Positions 53,100 through 64,000 of a stretch of 64,000 nucleotides of DNA are shown in pieces (the stretch's first letter is position 1; the number at the start of each line of letters is the position of its first letter). The DNA is from Octopus sinensis (Eukaryota): contig NC_043005.1 in the NCBI RefSeq assembly GCF_006345805.1, positions 5,146,001 through 5,210,000 of the forward strand, in the 5' to 3' direction. The notes beneath the pieces are model-generated. The model saw only the letters and a list, made by a program, of their open reading frames with translations, ran no database searches and was not told where the DNA came from. The translations under genes and the position numbers were made by a program.

Positions 53100-53550
53100 A
53101 CTGATAGTGTTTTTGTTGATGATGATGGTGGTGGTGGTGGCTGCATTGGGATGGTGGTGGTGATGGTGGGAGTGGTGATGAGGACAATGATGGTGGTAGC
53201 AGGGATGGTGATGGTGGCGGAGGTGATGATGATGGTGGTGGTAGCAGGGATGGTGATGATGGGGTGGAGATGAGGATGGTGATGTTGGTGGTGGTAGTGA
53301 TGGCTGGGGTGATGATGGTGGGAGTGGTGATGAGAACAGTGATGGTGGTAGCAGGGATGATGGTGGTGGTGGAGGTGATGATGACGATGGGGTGGGAATA
53401 AGGATAGTGATGGTGGTGGCAGGAATGATGATGGTGGTGGTGATGGTTGTGTTGGCAGTGATGTTGATGGTCATGGTGGTGGTGAAGATAATGACAGTAG
53501 CAGTGATGATGATGATGATGATGGTTGTAGTGGTGGTAGTGGTAGTCCTG
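53100..53550. repeat. (GAT/GGT)n degenerate trinucleotide array
   Basis: Explains ORFs 53019..53474, 53037..53273 and 53392..53586. Confidence 0.9.
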
Positions 53551-54684
53551 ATTAAAATTTATCTGTTGAAAACTTTTTTCTTCTGAAATATCAAATCTTG
53601 CACAAGAACCACAGTGGGGGTAGATATGTGTTTTAAAAAGGTACCATTTCTAACCAAATTACCCACAAAATACAGAATGTCTCGCTAACGAGTCGTCACG
53701 TTATATGCCACACAGTTTAGACATTTAAAAAAGATGGGAATAATTTTAATTTAAATGAAAAAAAAAAATTAACCAAAATTGTAATTAACTGCAATTTGTC
53801 CATTTCAAAGTAGAGAACTAAGGTTTAATTAATTTCTTTTTAATTCAAATAAAAAAGTTTCATTAAATTATGTAATATTTTTTATGCACTCCAAAACCAC
53901 TCTGTAAAAATTAGATCATCACCATCATCATCCTCATGTATTGTCCATGTTCCATGTTGGTATGGGTTGGACGGTTTTGACAGGATCTGATGTGGCCAAG
54001 GACTGCATCAAGCTCCAATGCCTGCTTTGGCATGGTTTCTACAGCTGGATGCTCTTCCTCACACCCTATCCATCCATCTGTCTGGTCTGTCTGTCTACTT
54101 ACCTACCTAATGATCATCATAATCATTTAATCCTTGTTTTCCTTGCTGGCATGAGTTGGACAGTTTGACAGGTTTCTGGCAAGCCACGAGGCTGCACCAA
54201 ACTCCATTATGCTATCAACTATATTTAATGTTAGTTGCTGTTGTTTAACAATATGTCAATGCTGACCAATCAATTGTGCTATCAAAGTTGTTCCAGCCAT
54301 GACCATCCCATCTATATCTAGAACTATATCAGTCATTGTATCCCTTCTTTTAATGAGTGGAAATAAGGCAGACTTTAAGAAAGATTTGGGTGAATATTTT
54401 CTAGTGGTATTGAAGGGCAGTGGACTGGCAGAATCATGGGAAAAAATGCCCTGTAGTATGTCTTCCAGCTATTTACATTCTGAGTTCAAATCCCACCAAG
54501 GTCAACCTTGCCTTGCATCCTTTAAGGGTTGATAACATAAAGCACTAATCAAGTACTGGGTCCAATGTAGTCAATTAACTCCTTCCCCTTCAAAATTACT
54601 GGCCATATCCCTAAATTGCAAATAATTATTTTTAGGATTATTGATGTGAACTTTTCTAATCTTCATCTGCAGTCTTTTATTGAT

Positions 54685-54836
54685 CTGTGGCTGTGTAGTA
54701 AGAAGTTTGCTTCCCAACCATATAATTCTGGGTTCAGTCCCACAGTGTGGCACCTTGGGAAAATGTATTCTACTATAGCCTTGAGCCAACCAAAGCCTTG
54801 TGAGTGGATTTGGTAGACAAAACTTGGAAGAAGCTC

Positions 54837-54906
<70 letters not shown>

Positions 54907-55062
54907 TCCCCCTGTTACTGCTTGACAACTAATGTTGGAATGTTTGCATCCTCATGACTTAGCAGTTCAGCAAAAGAGACCAATAAAATAAGTATTATTA
55001 GCTTAAAAAAAATGTAAGTAGTGGAATTGATTTAGCATGGCCGCAGTCTAATGACTGAAACA
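54685..55062 (+). mobile_element. SINE family B with expanded central (TG)n
   Basis: Head, body, long TG run, tail. Confidence 0.8.
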
Positions 55063-55440
55063 ACCCAACCAGTCAATAGTTCTCTAGATGTCTCATTGGT
55101 GCTTTGGTTAATATTAGTTACTGGAGAACTTTGTAAATTATTATATGGGCCATGCCCAGTTGGTAGTCTTTTACACCACAGACCCCTGTGAGTTTTTTTT
55201 TTCCAAATTGACTCTTTAATCTAGGATTATAATTATTAAGGTTCTCTATCATAATGGGGGTTTGTGTAACTGTAGTTCATTAACATATGTTAATAAACTC
55301 GAATTAAGAATATAATTAATGAATTCACTCACTTTATGATGTGTTATGCAATTTTCCTCAAGCACAAATTATGAAAACTACACCACTACATGATGTGTTC
55401 CAGATACACACACACACATACGCACATACATACATACATA

Positions 55441-56452
55441 CTGAAAGGAGGTAGTCACAGTTCTAGGACAGCACTCTACACCATATGAGATGTCATCGGG
55501 CGTACCACAGGGATCTGTCCTTGGTCCCCTCTTGTTTGTGGCATACATTAATGACATAGATGCCAATTTAAAGAATGCCACAGTATTGAAATATGCAGAC
55601 GACATCAAGCTGTACCTTGAAATCAAGAGGACAGATCCTGATGTCTACAACTCTTTCCTGCAATCAGACCTAGACACAATGCAGCAATGGATCACAGACT
55701 GGCAACTGAAACTGGCTGTGGACAAGTGTACCACCATGCATTTTGGGAGAAAAAACCCTGCGTCCACATACTCCCTCCACAACACTGATATCAAGAAATC
55801 CTCTTGCGAGTGTGACCTAGGCATCACTGTCAGCAGTGTTTTGCGTTGGACAAAGCATATCTCTAAAATTGTCAAGAAGGCCGAGGGTGTCTTGGCATCA
55901 CTCAGCAAGACTTTTGTTAGCCGCTCTCCAGCCATCTATTTAAAACTGTATACAGCTATGGTACGACCACACTTGGAATTCGCATCATCAGTTTGGAACC
56001 CCTATCTTGCTCAGAACATTGACCTCCTGGAATCTGTCCAGAGACGTGCAACCAAACGCATACCCTCCATCAGACACCTACCATATTCTGAGCGCCTTGT
56101 TTCCCTGGGCATGGATTCACTGAAGCTCTGGCGTCTGGCGACGGACTTGTAAACACCCACAAAGTTATCAACCACCTCACCAACAACAACACTGAACACC
56201 TTTTTGATCTCCATGTGTCTAACACACGTGGACATGCCTACAAAGTCAGAAAACAACACAGCTCCCATGACTTTCGGAAACATTTTTTCACGCTCAGAGT
56301 TGCTGAAGCATGGAATAAACTGCCTGCGTCAGTTGTTGACTGCCATGACACTGCATCCTTTAAGGCCCTCATGCTTTCCGAAATCCGCCGAAACTACACC
56401 TGATTATATATAGACTTTAGATGAGTTGTAGTGCACCTGAGCACTGTACACA

Positions 56453-56500
<48 letters not shown>
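55441..56500 (+). mobile_element. CR1/L2-group LINE, 5'-truncated
   Basis: SGVPQGSVLGPLLF, KYADDIK, MVRPHLEF, ESVQRRATK; frameshift near 56150; stop at 56403; (ATT)n tail. Confidence 0.92.
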
Positions 56501-56503
<3 letters not shown>

Positions 56504-56519
56504 ATTATACATACATACA

Positions 56520-56722
56520 TATTCTTTTATTTGTTTCAGTCATCTTGACTGCGCCCAAGCTAGAGCAATGCCTTTAGTTCAACAAATCAACCCCAGGACT
56601 TATTCTTTGTAAGCCTAATACTTATTTTATCAGTTTCTTTTGCCAAATTACTAAATTACAGGGGCATAAACACAACAGCATCAGTTGTCAAGCGATGGTG
56701 GGGGACAAACACAGACACACAA

Positions 56723-56768
<46 letters not shown>

Positions 56769-58005
56769 TAAACTGTTGGATCAGGTGATGAAGGTCACAG
56801 AGAGGGTCATAGCCCATCTCATTAGGGAGAGAGTCTGCTTAGATGAGATGCAGTTTGGTTTTGTGCCGAGCAGAAGCACCACTGATGCCATATTCCTGGT
56901 CCGACAACTGCAGGAGAAATACCTAGCTAAAGATAAACCCCTCTACATAGCTTTTGTGGACTTGGAGAAAGCCTTTGACAGGGTCCCCCGATCTCTTATC
57001 TGGTGGGTGATGCGGAAACTGGAGATTGACAAATGGTTAATAAGGGCTGTACAGTCCCTATACAGAGAGGCCGTCAGCAAGGTTAGGATTGGCAATGAGT
57101 GAAGAATTCCGGGTAGAAGTAGGGGCCCACCAAGGTTCAGCCCTCAGTCCCCTTTTATTCATTATAGTCCTCCAGGCAATAACAGAGGAATTCAAGACGG
57201 GTTGCCCCTGGGAGCTCCTCTATGCTGATGACCTTGTCCTTATAGCAGAATCACTACCGGAACTAGAAAAGAAATTTCGAGTGTGAAAGCTAGGTTTAGA
57301 ATCAAAAGGCCTTAGAGTCAATATAGCAAAGACCAAAGTTCTAGTAAGTAGGTAGGCGAACTCATCACACACTCACTCAGGTAGGTGGCCCTGCTCGAAC
57401 TGTAGAAAAGGTGTAGGTAGAAACTCCATAAGATATACCCAGTGTAAGCTATCGACACATAAGAGGTGCAGTACCATCAAAGGAAAATTAACCGAGAAAA
57501 TAGCTTTCGTGTGCGGCAGATGCACAGGGGCAATAGACACCATTGATACTCAGAAAACAGATCCCATTACACTCCTGGGGGAGAAACTAAAAGTAGTTGA
57601 TAGTTTCCGCTACCTAGGTGACCAAGTTAGTAGTGGGGGTGGATGCTCAGAGAGAATAGCCTGGGCAAAGTTTAGAAAGCTCCTACCCCTACTGGTGACA
57701 AAGGGTCCTCGCTCAGAGTGAAAGGTAGATTGTACGACACATGTCATACATGGGCTGTGACTGCAGAGGACATGCGTAGGCTTGAAAGAAATGAAGCTAG
57801 CATGATATGTATATACGACGGGCTTCTTTCAGTTTCTGCCTACCACAACTACTCTCAATGTTTTTGTCAACCTGAGGCTATAGTAGAAGACATTTTGTCA
57901 ACCTGAGGCTATAGTAGAAGACATTTGCCCAAGGTGTCACACAGTGGGACTGAACCCAGAACCATATGGTTGGGAAGCAAGCTTTTTACAACACAGCCAC
58001 ATATA
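56520..58005 (-). mobile_element. SINE family B split by an RTE fragment
   Basis: 3' half at 56520-56760 and 5' half at about 57810-58005. Confidence 0.75.
56768..57805 (+). mobile_element. RTE LINE copy 4, truncated at both ends, frameshifted
   Basis: KLLDQVMKV, QFGF, AFVDLEKAFD, LLYADDL, PHD remnant; no C-terminus or tail. Confidence 0.92.
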
Positions 58006-58024
58006 AATTCTGTATGTGGTTCTC

Positions 58025-58114
<90 letters not shown>

Positions 58115-58115
<1 letters not shown>

Positions 58116-58195
58116 ACGGGAGCTTATGAAAATAAACAAAAGACGAAGGCAGGTGGAGACATACGAACAATTGTATTAGTATGGCGTCAGGAATA
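58115..58195. other. short unique island in (TA)n, possibly a Penelope-type terminal-repeat fragment
   Basis: ATTAGTATGGCGTCAGGAA resembles TATTATTGGACGCTCAGGAA in the 29600 island. Confidence 0.3.
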
Positions 58196-58199
58196 TATA

Positions 58200-58219
58200 C
58201 AGATATATACATATATATA

Positions 58220-58255
<36 letters not shown>

Positions 58256-58356
58256 ATTATATATATATATATACATATTATATATATATATACATATATA
58301 TATATATTATATATATATAATATACATATAGATATATATATAGATATTATACATAA

Positions 58357-58430
<74 letters not shown>

Positions 58431-58565
58431 ATATTATATATTACATATATATAATATATATATATTATACATATATATATATATATTATATAATATATAT
58501 ATATATATAACATATATATACTATATATATATATATATACATATACCATATATACATATATCATA

Positions 58566-58635
<70 letters not shown>

Positions 58636-58748
58636 GATCAGTGGCCAGCCACGGCAAACTGGACTTAGAGAGGGTAGCAATAAGGGCGGTGCCCCAGCAT
58701 GGCCTCAGCCGGATGGCTGAAACAAGTAAAAGAGAGTAAAAGATATAT

Positions 58749-58780
<32 letters not shown>

Positions 58781-58936
58781 GTGGTGGCGTTAGGAAGGGC
58801 ATCCAGCTAGAAACACTGCCAGATCTGACTGGCCTGGTGCAGCCTTCGGGCTTGCCAGACCCCAGTTGAACCGTCCAACCCATGCTAGCATGGAAAGCGA
58901 GGAACGATGTTGACGATGATGAGGATGATATATATA

Positions 58937-58976
<40 letters not shown>

Positions 58977-59001
58977 TATATATATACACATATATATATT
59001 A

Positions 59002-59044
<43 letters not shown>

Positions 59045-59157
59045 ACAATATATATATATATATATATGCATATATATATATATATATACACACATATATA
59101 TAATATATATATATAACATATATAATATAGATATATATATATATGTATATATATATA

Positions 59158-59195
<38 letters not shown>

Positions 59196-59315
59196 TATAA
59201 AACATATATATTATATAATTATAATATAATATAACAATATAGATATATATATATACAATATATATACACATATATATATATATATACACATATATATTAT
59301 AATATATATATACAC

Positions 59316-59346
<31 letters not shown>

Positions 59347-60018
59347 CATATATATATACAACATATATATACACATATATATATACACATATATATATAT
59401 ACACATATATATTATACACATATATATATATATACACATATATATATACACATATATATATATAACATATATATATACACACATATATATATACACATAC
59501 ATATATATATAACATATATATATACACAATATATATATATATACACATATCCCATATATATACACATATATAATATACACATATATATATACACATATTA
59601 TATACACACATATATATATACACATTATAATATAACACATATATATATACACATATATATATACACACATATAATATATACACATATATATATACACATA
59701 TATATATATACACAATATATATTACACTATTATATAACCACATATATTATATACACATTTATATATATACACAATATATATATATACACACATAGATATA
59801 TACACATATATATATATATATACACACATATATATACACATATATATATACACATATATATATACACATATATATATACACATTATATATATACACATAT
59901 ATATATACACATCGATATATACACATATATATAACACATATATATACACATATATATATACACATATATAATACACATATATATACACATATATATATAC
60001 ACACATATATATATATAC

Positions 60019-60063
<45 letters not shown>

Positions 60064-60075
60064 CACATATATATA
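58200..60075. repeat. large (TA)n/(TACA)n low-complexity block
   Basis: About 1.9 kb, interrupted by a SINE-B-like tail (58635-58742) and an RTE 3' fragment (58781-58929). Confidence 0.95.
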
Positions 60076-60077
60076 TA

Positions 60078-61721
60078 TAGCAGCAATAAAGGAAATGAAG
60101 CATAATCAGCAGTAGGTCCCGATAGGTTCCCTGCTTGTGTCTTGAAGATGTGTCAAAACCACTTGCACCCCTCTAGCCAATCTGTGGCGGAACTCACTGG
60201 ATGCTGGATATATACCAGAAGACCTTCTATCCCAGTCTGTTGTCCCAGTTTTCAGAAAAGGAAACAAATCGCTTGCTGTGAATTACCGTCCAATCTCACT
60301 CACCTCTCATATCATCAAGGTATTTGAGAGGGTGCTGAGATCGCGTATGACTCACTTCCTTGAGAGTCATAATATGCTGAACCCCAACCAGCATGGATTC
60401 CGTAATGGGAGAGATTGCCTGACGCAGCTACTGCATCATTTTGATGACATTTTGAGAGCCTTGGGAGAAGGTTCCAACACTGATGTCATCTACCTTGATT
60501 TCAGCAAGGCTTTTGACAGGGTTGATCATAAGATCCTTCTGAGAAAGCTGTCCAATACTGGTGTCACTGGAAAGCTGCTGCAGTGGATCAAGTGCTTCCT
60601 GTCTAACAGAACCCAACATGTTGTAGTCGAAGGAGTCAAATCCAGCCCAGCCAAAGTCAGCAGTGGTGTCCCACAAGGCACTGTGTTGGGCCCACTTCTC
60701 TTCATCATCTACATAAATGATGACACCATCAAACACAGTAACATCAGAACCTTCGCTGATGATTCCAAGCTCCAGAAGATCATCAATGGCGTGGATGACT
60801 GAATAAACCTTCAGTTAGACCTACTGGCTGTTGTCCAATGGGCGGAAAAGAATAACATGTTGCTAAATGAAGACAAATTTGAACTGATCCACTTTGGAAG
60901 AGAGGACACTCTGAAACTCCCATACTCTCTTCCTTCTGGAGAAATTCTCATGGCATCCAACAACATCAGAGACCTGGGAGTAACAGTGGACAACAACATA
61001 AGCTGGGCTACACATATAAGCAGCAAAGTTGACATGGCCCGCAGAATGTGTTCCTGGATTCTCAGAACCTTCCAGTCGAGAGATTCCCACGCTATTATCC
61101 TTCTCTTCTCCACTTTTGCCCGACCCCACCTTGAATACTGCTGTCCACTGTGGTCTCCCTACAACAACAAAATTATGAGAATTGAAGCTCCCCAAATGTA
61201 ATCACAAAAAAGATAGATGGCATGTCAGACCTTGACTACTGGGGTAGACTAGAGAAGCTGAAATTGTATTCACTCCAACGACGCCGTGAACGCTACATTA
61301 TCTGTATGATGTGGAAAATATTCCACCAGCACTGTCCGAATGATGTTGGCATCACCTTCAAAATGCATCCAAGGCTAGGACCACGTGCCATCCGTCCACA
61401 ACAAAAATCTAAATCGCATCACATAACGACAATACGGCACAACTATTTCACCTCAATTGACCTGCTCTCTTCAACATTACACCAGGGCACGTCAAAAAAG
61501 AAACTGACCACAAAAAATTCAAGAAATCTTTGGACAAATTCCTTCAAACAGTACCGGACAAACCACCCACACCCGGATATGTCCGCGCAAACAATAACTC
61601 TCTGCTCGAATGGGCCTTGGTGCCCAATCCTGAACTGAAGACTTCGCCAGGTGTGGTGCTATTAAGTTAGACATGGCCTGGGCCAATACTGGTCAAAACC
61701 TTTCTAAGTTATTCTAAGTTA
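60078..61721 (+). mobile_element. CR1-group LINE, 5'-truncated and degenerate
   Basis: [50 protein letters not shown]; several frameshifts; ends in (TTCTAAGTTA)x2. Confidence 0.92.
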
Positions 61722-61803
61722 TACATAATATATATATACAATATTATATCATAATATATACATATATATATACATATATATTATATACATTATATATACA
61801 TAT

Positions 61804-61852
<49 letters not shown>

Positions 61853-62008
61853 CATATATAAATATATATATATATATAGACATACATACATATATATATA
61901 CATTATATATATATACTATATACAATATATATTATATATATATATCTATATATATATATTATATATATATATAATATTATATATATATATATCTATATAT
62001 ATATATAT

Positions 62009-62415
62009 ATATTATTGGTGAATTGAAGAAATGGAGCTGAACGAAGATTGAACAGAAATCGTTTTATTTCATTCTACACGTGTTTCGAAAGGCACAATTT
62101 ACCAAAATCCGATTGAATAATGAGACCATATTGTGTCTTTCTCTTCAGGAAGAAATAGGAAATCTGTTGGAAAAAACAAAAACAGAACAGAGGCGGAGCA
62201 AAACAAATCGAACTAGGCTCCTAAGAGCCCATGGCAAAACAATTTCTTCAATTCACCAATAATATCTTAATTTCAATTATCCGCACCAACGCACGGTTGC
62301 AACACCATATGGTTGTACCTCCAACCGTGCTGTCTTCTGCTGTGATTTTTGCTACCAAGGTATCGGTTAAACTTTGATTAATCTGCTACAAGATTATTCG
62401 TCTTTCTATTTCACA
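62009..62415 (-). mobile_element. hammerhead-bearing island in (TA)n with an internal inversion junction
   Basis: Perfect 24-bp inverted repeat, 62009-62032 / 62242-62265, flanking the ribozyme motif. Confidence 0.6.
62065..62157 (-). ncRNA. type-I hammerhead ribozyme motif with intact core
   Basis: UAUUUCUUC-CUGAAGA-GAAAGACACAAU-(31 nt)-AUUGUGCCUUUC-GAAA-CACGUG-U-A-GAAUGAAAUA. Confidence 0.8.
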
Positions 62416-62461
62416 TATATATATAATATATATATACATATATATACATATATATATATAC

Positions 62462-62528
<67 letters not shown>

Positions 62529-62541
62529 ATAATATATTATA

Positions 62542-62577
<36 letters not shown>

Positions 62578-62580
<3 letters not shown>

Positions 62581-64000
62581 GCTGTTGGATCAGGTAATGA
62601 AGGTTACGGAGAGGGTCATAGCCCAACTAATTAGAGAGAGAGTTAGTTTAGATGAGATGCAGTTTGGGTTTGTCCCAGGGAAAAGCACCACTGATGCTAT
62701 ATTCCTGGTAAGGCAGCTGCAGGAGAAATACCTAGCCAAAGATAAGCCCCTGTACCTGGCTTTCGTTGACATGGAGAAAGCCTTTGATAGGGTCCCCCGA
62801 TCCCTCATCTGGTGGTCAATGAGGAAACTAGGGATAGATGAATGGCTGGTGAGGGCTGTGCAAGCCATGTACAGAGATGCCGTAAGTAAGGTTAGAGTTG
62901 GCAGCATGTACACAGAAGAATTCAAGGTAGAGTTGGTGGGGCACCAGGGTTCAGTACTCAGCCCCCTCCTATTTATCATAGTCCTCCAGGAAATTGTGGA
63001 GGAATTCAAGACAGGTGCCCCTGGGAGCTCCTCTATGCTGACGACCTCGCTCTAATCGCTGAGTCACTATCAGAACTGAGGAGAAGTCCAGAGTGTTGGA
63101 AGGAGGGTTTAGAATCGAGGGGCCTTAGAGTCAACCTAGCTAAAACCAAAGTACTAATAAGTAGAAAGTTAGAAAATCCACAAATATCCTCAGGAAGATG
63201 CCCTGCTCGATCTGTAGAAAGGAGTTGTAGGTAGAAACTCTATAAGATGTACCCAGTGTAAGCTATGGACACATAAGAGGTGCAGCAATGTCAAAGGTAG
63301 GCTAACTGGGAAGATAGTTTTTGTATGTGGCAGATGCTCTGGAGCATTGACCTCCGAAAATCTGCAGAAAACAACTTCCGTCACTTTCCGGGGGGAAAAA
63401 CTAGAAGTAGTTGATAGCTTCCGCTATCTAGGTGACCAAGTCAGTAGTGGGGGCGGGTGCGCTGAAAGTGTAACTGCTAGAATAAGAATAGCCTGGGCAA
63501 AGTTTAGGGAGCTCTTACCTCTGCTGGTGACTAAAGGCCTCTCGCTCAGAGTAAAAGGCAGACTGTATGATGCATGTGTACGAACAGCTATGCTACATGG
63601 CAGTGAAACATGGCCGTGACTGTTGAGGACATGCGTAAGCTCGTGAGGAACGAAGCCAGTATGCTCCGATGGATGTGTAATGTCAGTGTACTTACTCGAC
63701 AGAGCGTTAGTACCTTGAGAGAAATGTTGTTACCTAAGAAGCATCAGTTGTTGTGTGCAAGAGAGACGATTGCGCTGGTATGGTCATGTGGTGAGAATGG
63801 ATGAAGATAGGTGTGTGAGAAAGTGCCAATCCCTAGCAGTTGGGAATCCGTGGAAGAGGTAGACCCAGGAAAACCTGGGACGAAGTGGTGAAGCACGACC
63901 TTCGGATGTTAGGTCTCACCATGGAAATGACTAGAGACCGAGACCTATGGAAGTATGCTGTGCGTGAGAAGACCCGGCAAGACTAGTGAAGCCATAATCC
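62578..64000 (+). mobile_element. RTE LINE copy 5, 5'-truncated, continues past the window end
   Basis: ORFs 62585..63055, 63347..63619 and 63610..63804 linked by frameshifts; stop TAG at about 63984. Confidence 0.93.

Noticed and set aside
53673-53904. TA-flanked CAGAATG...CACTCTG as a Tc1/mariner MITE
   Set aside because: The inverted match is only about 7 nt and there is no second copy in the window.
615-55062. tRNA-like heads as tRNA genes; assignment of published SINE names
   Set aside because: The heads are degenerate and fused to repeat bodies. I cannot match families B-E to named families without a database.
58181-60103. Long Ile/Tyr-rich ORFs here and at 4367-4933 and 43467-44002
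   Set aside because: Translations of (TA)n/(TG)n repeats that lack stop codons.

Overview
AT-rich, CpG-poor, repeat-dominated animal genomic DNA with no confidently supportable host gene. The repeat families suggest a cephalopod (Octopus-like) intergenic or intronic region; this is an inference. Contents: five RTE-clade LINE fragments (each long enough copy has a C4HC3 PHD finger inside the RT), many short copies of the RTE 3' end, three CR1/L2-group fragments, and one nearly intact 5'-truncated Penelope-like element (RT + GIY-YIG) with a tail-to-tail inverted terminal repeat. Also present are mariner/Tc1 relics, piggyBac- and hAT-type MITEs (one with a nested solo LTR), a non-autonomous Helitron, four tRNA-derived SINE families and large microsatellite blocks. 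Most ORFs in the supplied track are microsatellite or antisense artefacts. The most notable signals are: (i) five different minimal type-I hammerhead-ribozyme-like motifs, in the Penelope terminal repeat and in short islands in or beside (TA)n, one with a perfect core at 62065-62157 (-); (ii) a 14-unit, two-type tandem array in an RTE 3' UTR; (iii) the PHD finger inserted in the RTE reverse transcriptase. All folds and alignments were done by eye, and boundaries without a stated terminal motif are approximate (about +/-20 nt).
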